Shown one piece after another: positions 58,291-64,000 of a stretch of 64,000 nt of DNA. A model generated the notes under the pieces. It did not search any database and was not told the origin of the DNA. It saw only the letters and a program-made list of their open reading frames with translations. A program made the position numbers and the translations under genes. The stretch lies in contig OY968764.1 in NCBI GenBank assembly GCA_963695335.1, forward strand, positions 832,001 to 896,000. The letters run 5' to 3'. Origin of the DNA: an uncultured bacterium (GTDB lineage Bacteria; Babelota; Babeliae; Babelales; Vermiphilaceae). Within the stretch, counting starts at the first letter, position 1. Each line of letters begins with the position of its first letter.

Positions 58291-60636
58291 TCAATTGTTT
58301 TCAGGCTCATCAATTATGTAATATTCATCGTCCTTTTTTTTCTTACCTTCTTTACATATAAGTTTGCCTTGGTCAACAAGCTCGCTCAATATAGGGTCAT
58401 ATTCCTTGGCTCCGCCATCAAATTGTTTTGAGGTTAATATTGTTTGGCGCGTTACGGTTTTTTTATCTTGGATACGTTTACTAATCCAGTTTATTAAGGT
58501 GCGACATTTTCGTTGGTGATGCGATTCTCCAAATTCTTGTTCTAAAAATCCAATAGTAGATTTAATTGCAGGGTTGAGGAAATGAAAAGCCTTTATTATT
58601 GCATCTCCCGATATTTCTATACTGTTGTGATCTATAAAAAGTTGCATTATCATTGCGATTTTTAGAAGAGCAGGACTCCATCTTTTTAGATATGGTTGAA
58701 TCAGTTTAATCGTTTTATCGTTGCAAGCTCGTGCTGCACAATAAATAAGTATATGGTAACTATGAAAGATTCTTCTTGCATCTGGAGTTAGAGAAAAGGA
58801 TCGTTCTTCTCCTATAGATGTGATAATACGGTCTATATACATTTTGAAAGTCATTTCTTGATTCTCATCAGATACTGCCTGACGAAAAGGCAATGCCGGT
58901 GGAATTTTATCGTTGGATGGTGGAGTTAGTATAATGAGTCGAGCAAAAAAACCGCTTGGAATATCACTCAATTTCATATTTTCTTGAATCCAAGATGCTG
59001 TAGATACACCACAAATCGATATGAAGGGTTTTTTTAATATACAATCTCCTTGTGTTTTAGTTTTATAGCGATAACATGTGGGCACATCATAGAGCTCTGT
59101 CATAATAGCTTTGAAATCATTGTTATGTGTTTTATCCAGGTTTTGTAACCATCCTCCAAATTCACTGGCGAAGATAACCCCTTTATGCTCTTGGGCTAAG
59201 TATTCCAAAAGAGCTTCAGCGGTTATTTTAGTTGGAAGGATAATATTTTCTCTTGATTTGTTTAATTGTTCTTCGGTTAAAGAGCTTTGTTGTTGTGATC
59301 CTGTTTGCAATTCTTTTATTTGAGCAAGTATCTGTGTTTGCAAGTCATAGGCAAGCTTTGCTCCTTTATTGAGAGCGGTGGTTTTGAATTGTCCGCTATT
59401 TGCAATACAAAGAATCCAAAGATTGCTATAAAGAGTTTGGAAGTATTCTCCTTCTGGTATAAAAACTTTGGTGCCTAAATAACCAGACATCATAGAGATT
59501 ACGGATGCTGTAATTATAATTGGATGTGCGTTAGTGGTCTTTTGTATTGACGATATATATTCTCTGAGTGGAGTAGGAAATTTTTTTAATTCAAATTTTT
59601 TGCATGGATCATTGTCACTGAGAAAGTGTTCTCGAGCAACTCTTTTGCCGGCTTCGCTTTTGGCATAGGCTTGAATGAGTTGCTCTCTTACTTCATCAAT
59701 GCCTGCTATTTGAGCAAGATCATTAAAATCAGTGGCATCTTGTTTTTTTTGGTTTGGAAACTCAGGTATAACAAACGAGCAGTCATTAAATTTATTGATT
59801 GCGTCATGAGCTTTCATTGTGCCTATTTCATCATTATCTGCGGCAACAATAAAGATTCTTTGAGGGAATCTTTTTTTTAAATTATCCAGAACTACTGAGA
59901 TATTACCCGCATCAAATGCTACAATTGTTGGTTTTTTGATTGCTTCGTAAATAGATGCACATGTTGCATAACCTTCGCCAATGAACATGACATGTTTATC
60001 ATCAGTTAAATTGCCTATTAAATGGTAGTTTCCTTTTTTCTCGCCACCAGGAAAAAATTTTTTACATGTTTTTCCTTCTTCCATGGAAATAAATTGTAAA
60101 GATCGTAGTTCATCTTCATTATTATACAGAGGAATAACAAGAGAGGGGTATCCTTGTAGATTATTGCTAAATCTGACGGTATTGCTTGGTTCAATACCTT
60201 TGACACTGATGTATTGTAGGTAGTCATTTGTAGATGGCGTTATGGAACATTGCTCCCAAAAGCTTTGAGCTGATTTTGCAGCTTTTTCTTGGTTTTCACG
60301 AATATTATTTTCTGTCTTTAATATATTGAGGCGAGCAATTTCTTTTAATTCTGCGCGTTCGTCATCATTAACAGAAGTGTCTTGATCAAAAGATTTATAT
60401 GTATGTTTTATTCCATCTTTCCATGACGCAAAAACAACATTCAAGAAATGGTTACCTTGAGATGAAGTGCCTTCATAGGCAATATACCATTCATCTTTTT
60501 TATGTTTATTATTGTTGCTTGAGTATCGATGAATTTTAGCATCAGTAATAAGATCACCATCAAAGGTGAGGCCCTTCTCTGCCATATATGATTTACAATT
60601 TTCTTTTAAATTAAATCTTTTTTCGATATTATGCAT
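58291..60636 (-). CDS. Toprim primase fused to DUF3987/YfjI-like helicase
   Basis: IGEGYATCAS, AFDAGN, AADND, TDFNDL; ANSGQFKTT Walker A-like; SEFGGW. Confidence 0.85.
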   Translation of the reverse strand: MHNIEKRFNLKENCKSYMAEKGLTFDGDLITDAKIHRYSSNNNKHKKDEWYIAYEGTSSQGNHFLNVVFASWKDGIKHTYKSFDQDTSVNDDERAELKEIARLNILKTENNIRENQEKAAKSAQSFWEQCSITPSTNDYLQYISVKGIEPSNTVRFSNNLQGYPSLVIPLYNNEDELRSLQFISMEEGKTCKKFFPGGEKKGNYHLIGNLTDDKHVMFIGEGYATCASIYEAIKKPTIVAFDAGNISVVLDNLKKRFPQRIFIVAADNDEIGTMKAHDAINKFNDCSFVIPEFPNQKKQDATDFNDLAQIAGIDEVREQLIQAYAKSEAGKRVAREHFLSDNDPCKKFELKKFPTPLREYISSIQKTTNAHPIIITASVISMMSGYLGTKVFIPEGEYFQTLYSNLWILCIANSGQFKTTALNKGAKLAYDLQTQILAQIKELQTGSQQQSSLTEEQLNKSRENIILPTKITAEALLEYLAQEHKGVIFASEFGGWLQNLDKTHNNDFKAIMTELYDVPTCYRYKTKTQGDCILKKPFISICGVSTASWIQENMKLSDIPSGFFARLIILTPPSNDKIPPALPFRQAVSDENQEMTFKMYIDRIITSIGEERSFSLTPDARRIFHSYHILIYCAARACNDKTIKLIQPYLKRWSPALLKIAMIMQLFIDHNSIEISGDAIIKAFHFLNPAIKSTIGFLEQEFGESHHQRKCRTLINWISKRIQDKKTVTRQTILTSKQFDGGAKEYDPILSELVDQGKLICKEGKKKKDDEYYIIDEPENN

Positions 60637-60698
60637 GTCAGTTCCTATTAAGTGTGAGCCACTGAAGATGATGCTTCAGTGGCTTCTTTTTGGTTATA

Positions 60699-60971
60699 TT
60701 AAGTGAGTATGATTAATTTTTGTAGGACTTCGCATGAAAAATTGTGCTGTTCATTTGAATCGATCAAACCATACGAGCAAAACAATATGAGATTTTCGCT
60801 GTCGCAGCTTTCGATAGATGCTATGTACGATCCTGGATTATCTTTTTTCTTTAAGTGATGTCTTTGTCCATCGGTATATAAGCGCCCTAGTAGTACAAAC
60901 CCTTTTTTCTCCATGTCCCGTCTTGTTAGAAACTTGAAGTAGGGTAGATAGTTAGTTTGTATTATATTCAT
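60699..60971 (-). CDS. Hypothetical protein
   Basis: In apparent operon with primase; ATGA overlap with upstream ORF. Confidence 0.55.
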   Translation of the reverse strand: MNIIQTNYLPYFKFLTRRDMEKKGFVLLGRLYTDGQRHHLKKKDNPGSYIASIESCDSENLILFCSYGLIDSNEQHNFSCEVLQKLIILT

Positions 60972-61126
60972 TGTTTCTTCCTCTGGTGCGCTTGTTGTGC
61001 TGTAGGAGTTATCTTTTCCCTATGGTCTATTTGAATCAAAAGTTGGAAGAATGAAATGAGTCTTTGTTTTTCTTCAGGCGTGAGTTTTGTTGGGATTGCA
61101 TTACTTACTAATTCTCCTTTATTCAT
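60968..61126 (-). CDS. Small hypothetical protein (52 aa)
   Basis: Manual ORF MNKGELVSNAIPTKLTPEEKQRLISFFQLLIQIDHREK...; abuts both neighbours. Confidence 0.55.
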   Translation of the reverse strand: MNKGELVSNAIPTKLTPEEKQRLISFFQLLIQIDHREKITPTAQQAHQRKKQ

Positions 61127-61369
61127 TTAGTATTCCTTGGTGTAAATATCTGCGCCATTGTGGGCATGCATGCGGTCTTCAAGGAATGTAAGGACTGCTT
61201 TTTTTGGATACAAAATTTTGTGTTTCAGCTTGATGTAAGCGGGACTATTTGATCGTTTTCTGGCTAGATATGCTGCATCAATTGATGCATAGATTCCCAG
61301 ATATACGAGGTCTTGTGCTGATAAGAATTCGTTCATTTGGTTGAGCTTGTCTGATAAAGCATTATTCAT
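61127..61369 (-). CDS. AlpA/excisionase-like HTH protein
   Basis: EFLSAQDL...SPAYIKLKHKILYPKKAVLTFL pattern; leads the primase operon. Confidence 0.65.
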   Translation of the reverse strand: MNNALSDKLNQMNEFLSAQDLVYLGIYASIDAAYLARKRSNSPAYIKLKHKILYPKKAVLTFLEDRMHAHNGADIYTKEY

Positions 61370-61533
61370 GGAAAGCCTCTTTATTTAAGAGAGTTCAATG
61401 AAGATGTGAGAGGAAATGCTTTAGGATATATATACAAAAAAATGTATATATTATATATTGATATTGTTATGAGGGTAACAATCCCAAAACATTAGAAAGC
61501 CAGTGAGTTGCCGCTTACTGGTTTTCGCTCTTC

Positions 61534-62604
61534 TTACTCTTCAATAAGAATCTCATTGATTATATTTATGGAATTTTGATTAAGAGCGAGCCATGTTGCT
61601 CGCATAGTATCTGGTTGTACTCGTCTGATTTTTGCCTCCTTACTTGCGTTTGTAAATGAATGATTTAGTCGAGATCGCGTTAATGATCTTCCATTTCTTG
61701 TAATAAATATGTGATTATTATCAGCTCGTTGTTCTTGTGTTGATGCTATGTAATCGTTTAATTTTTTCATGAACGTTTTTGGATATTCTATTGGTTTTTC
61801 ATATTTGATTTTATTTTTGTATTGTAAAAATCGAATGATATTATTTGAAAAATCGATTTGTTCAAGGGTTAATGTTAAAACATCAGAAATACGTACAGCT
61901 CCATAAAACATAGTGCTTGAAATCAGATAATCCCGATAATTATTTTTTGCTAAGAATGTATTAAATTTTTTTAACTCATCTAGAGAAAGAGCTTTTTGCG
62001 ATGTTTTTATAGTTGAGCGATAAACAGATCTTTTTTGAGAAGTTATGGGTAATGCTCTTCGGAACCATCCATTAGTAATACGTTCGAGGAATATACTGAA
62101 TGAAGTGTAACATTCGATACGAGCTATTTTAGCTGTCTTAGATAAATCATTCATGTGTTCTATGTATTGTAGTATTGATTTTTGGTTAATATGCCTTAAA
62201 CCACCTATACTGAATGCTCTGCCATCCGCAAAAGTAGTTGGGATAATATTTTTGTCCATTAGGTCTGTCATGTACGATGTGTATTTGATCTGCGTAGTGT
62301 TTTTTTCAAGCGTTATAAGCCAATTTTGAATGACTGCTGTGATAGGCATATAATCAAGCTCTTCAATTAATTCGTATTGGGCCCGATTTACAGCATTTCG
62401 AAGATTGAATAATTTAAGACTGTCATCTGTACGCTTGAGGATTGGATATTGCTTTTCTTTGGCATGTAATTCTTCTAGGAGTATTCTTCCTTGCGCAAAT
62501 TGCTCATCGTTTTTTTGTAGAATGATGATATCAGGGGATTCTTTTTGAAGTAGATTTGTTTCTTTATCTGATAGCTGTCGCATTAAAAGTTTCGTAGGTA
62601 ACAT
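61534..62604 (-). CDS. Tyrosine recombinase-like protein (chlamydial pGP8-D-like), C-terminally degenerate
   Basis: RDYLI...GAVRISDVLTL, IFITRNG, PDTMRAT; ends before the catalytic Tyr region. Confidence 0.75.
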   Translation of the reverse strand: MLPTKLLMRQLSDKETNLLQKESPDIIILQKNDEQFAQGRILLEELHAKEKQYPILKRTDDSLKLFNLRNAVNRAQYELIEELDYMPITAVIQNWLITLEKNTTQIKYTSYMTDLMDKNIIPTTFADGRAFSIGGLRHINQKSILQYIEHMNDLSKTAKIARIECYTSFSIFLERITNGWFRRALPITSQKRSVYRSTIKTSQKALSLDELKKFNTFLAKNNYRDYLISSTMFYGAVRISDVLTLTLEQIDFSNNIIRFLQYKNKIKYEKPIEYPKTFMKKLNDYIASTQEQRADNNHIFITRNGRSLTRSRLNHSFTNASKEAKIRRVQPDTMRATWLALNQNSINIINEILIEE

Positions 62605-62701
62605 ATCATTCCTTTGTTTGTATCTTTTCTTGAATGAGAAATATGTTACCTCAACAACAGGTTTCGCGCAAGTTTTATTTGCCAACGCGCATAATGTTTT
62701 G

Positions 62702-62806
62702 TTAAACAGATAAGTGAAGCTCAGAAAATACTGTTTGGATGTGTTGTAAACTGAAATCAAAAGTAATTGATCTGTTAAGGAATGAGTCCACTAGGGGCAG
62801 CCATAC
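62702..62806 (-). other. Displaced 3' end of the serine integrase gene
   Basis: From the att core reads VWLPLVDSFLNRSITFDFSLQHIQTVFSELHLSV*, in frame with integrase codon 482. Confidence 0.75.
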
Positions 62807-63089
62807 TACGCTAAAGCTTCGTATGGCAAGCCATACCTTTCAAATGATTGATATAAAAAATTTAAAGAAGTTTGATAGCTGAGCGTAGTATGCCCTTCGA
62901 AGCCTTCGGCGAAGTAGGGCTCTTTTTTTATCCTTGTAATTTTTTCAATGGTAAATCAAATTACGCTAAAGCTTCGTATGGCAAGCCATACCTTTCAAAT
63001 GATTGATATAAAAAATTTAAAAAAGTTTGATAGCTGAGCGTAGTATGCCCTTCGAAGCCTTCGGCGAAGTAGGGCTCTTTTTTTATCCT
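62807..63089. repeat. 128-bp tandem direct repeat (155-bp period), each unit bounded by inverted family B palindromes
   Basis: 62807-62934 vs 62962-63089, one mismatch seen. Confidence 0.92.
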
Positions 63090-63127
63090 AATTTTTTAAT
63101 TTTAGATAACATTTCTTTAATTTATAT

Positions 63128-63370
63128 ATGTATTACGTATATCTCATCAAGTCTCTGAAAAACCCTCATAAAACTTATATAGGTTTTACTAATGATATTG
63201 AACAACGTATGGAAAAACATAACAATGGTGCATCTATTTATACCTCTGATGATAGACCTTGGAAATTAGTTACATACATTTGTTTTGATGATCAATCTAA
63301 AGCCGTTGCATTTGAAAGATATCTTAAAGTTGGTTCAGGGCATGCATTTGCTCAGCGAAGATTGTGGTAA
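63128..63370 (+). CDS. Stand-alone GIY-YIG nuclease
   Basis: YYVYLI...TYIGFT, RMEKHNNG, YT...RPWKLV, FERYLK. Confidence 0.92.
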   Translation: MYYVYLIKSLKNPHKTYIGFTNDIEQRMEKHNNGASIYTSDDRPWKLVTYICFDDQSKAVAFERYLKVGSGHAFAQRRLW

Positions 63371-63429
63371 TTTATAAAAGTCATGTGAAAAACACATGGC
63401 TTTTTTTTTGTGTGTTTTAGTTTTGTTAT

Positions 63430-63801
63430 TCACTTGCAAATATAACTTTTAATGCATTCCCCATCATAGGTCAGTTCAATCAAGTCTGATTTTTCAGTGA
63501 AGCACACATTGTGCGGCAGAGGGTCTTTCAATTGTAACGTAAGATCATCATTTGAAGCACCGAGAAATAGTTTTAATTCCAAATTTTCTGACAACTGAAT
63601 TTTTTGTGATTCTCCTGGGTTAATTACTGAATTTTTAGTAGTAATATCATAATTTGACTTATTATGAAGCACAATAGAAGGTTTGTGACTATTTTTTCTA
63701 AAAGCTGGTTTACGAACAAGTTCTCCTTGGCGAGGATATTCTGAACTGAGTGCATATGAACTTATTAATATCATACTACTTGTTATAATGAGATGCTTCA
63801 T
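63430..63801 (-). CDS. Secreted hypothetical protein
   Basis: Signal peptide MKHLIITSSMILISSYALS. Confidence 0.7.
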   Translation of the reverse strand: MKHLIITSSMILISSYALSSEYPRQGELVRKPAFRKNSHKPSIVLHNKSNYDITTKNSVINPGESQKIQLSENLELKLFLGASNDDLTLQLKDPLPHNVCFTEKSDLIELTYDGECIKSYICK

Positions 63802-63916
63802 AACAAACCCTTTTGGTTATAAACATTGTATTGATTATTTTGGCCATTGATAAATATAAGATATTGCATACAATATTGGGAATAATTGTACCGTTTTTAT
63901 TTTTAAAGGTGAATGT

Positions 63917-64000
63917 ATGACAAAAAAGATAGTAGGTTTTGCGATCGTTGTTTTTAGCATCACGTCCCCCCTTAATGCTATGTTGGTAAAAGCATTAAAG
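63917..64000 (+). CDS. Secreted protein, partial
   Basis: AAAGGTG RBS, MTKKIVGFAIVVFSITSPLNA-ML..., open to window end. Confidence 0.55.
   Translation, partial: MTKKIVGFAIVVFSITSPLNAMLVKALK

Larger units (their letters stand above)
53621..62806. mobile_element. Phage-satellite-like integrative element in tRNA-Gln 3' end
   Basis: 9-bp direct repeat CAGCCATAC at 53621-53629 and 62798-62806; serine integrase, AlpA-like gene, primase-helicase; no intact structural genes seen. Confidence 0.85.

Noticed and set aside
62605..62760. N-terminal 52 aa of the 408-aa ORF
   Set aside because: Better ATG with AAAGGA at 62604; the upstream stretch overlaps the displaced integrase tail in another frame
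53621..62806. Complete prophage
   Set aside because: No terminase, portal, tail or intact capsid gene; size and content fit a satellite-like island
62807..63089. CRISPR array
   Set aside because: Whole 128-bp units including the 'spacer' are duplicated; no unique spacers and no cas1/cas2

Overview
AT-rich bacterial chromosome segment. The mix of housekeeping genes with many signal-peptide 'effector-like' genes (PP2C, GNAT, ankyrin, protease) and a large beta-barrel paralog family suggests an intracellular protist parasite such as Dependentiae/TM6 (inference). Core genes: grpE, lepA, gyrA, dprA, troABCD-type metal ABC transporter, rpmF-plsX, gltX, degenerate fabD, acpP, ftsK, murF, rsmH, spoVG, tRNA-Gln(TTG). 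Mobile DNA: an intact ISAs1 element and a ~9.2 kb phage-satellite-like island in the tRNA-Gln 3' end. The island's serine integrase gene is split by its own att site, and its native C-terminus lies at the far end of the island. The most striking signal is a dispersed set of short palindromic repeats (families A, B, and a single-copy C). They show compensatory base changes, insert in frame into proteins (DprA, TroA, TroB, FtsK, a putative protease, an outer-membrane protein signal peptide) and nest inside each other. They also cluster as a 128-bp tandem duplication next to a stand-alone GIY-YIG nuclease gene, a candidate mobiliser. All protein calls come from motif recognition by eye; no searches were run.
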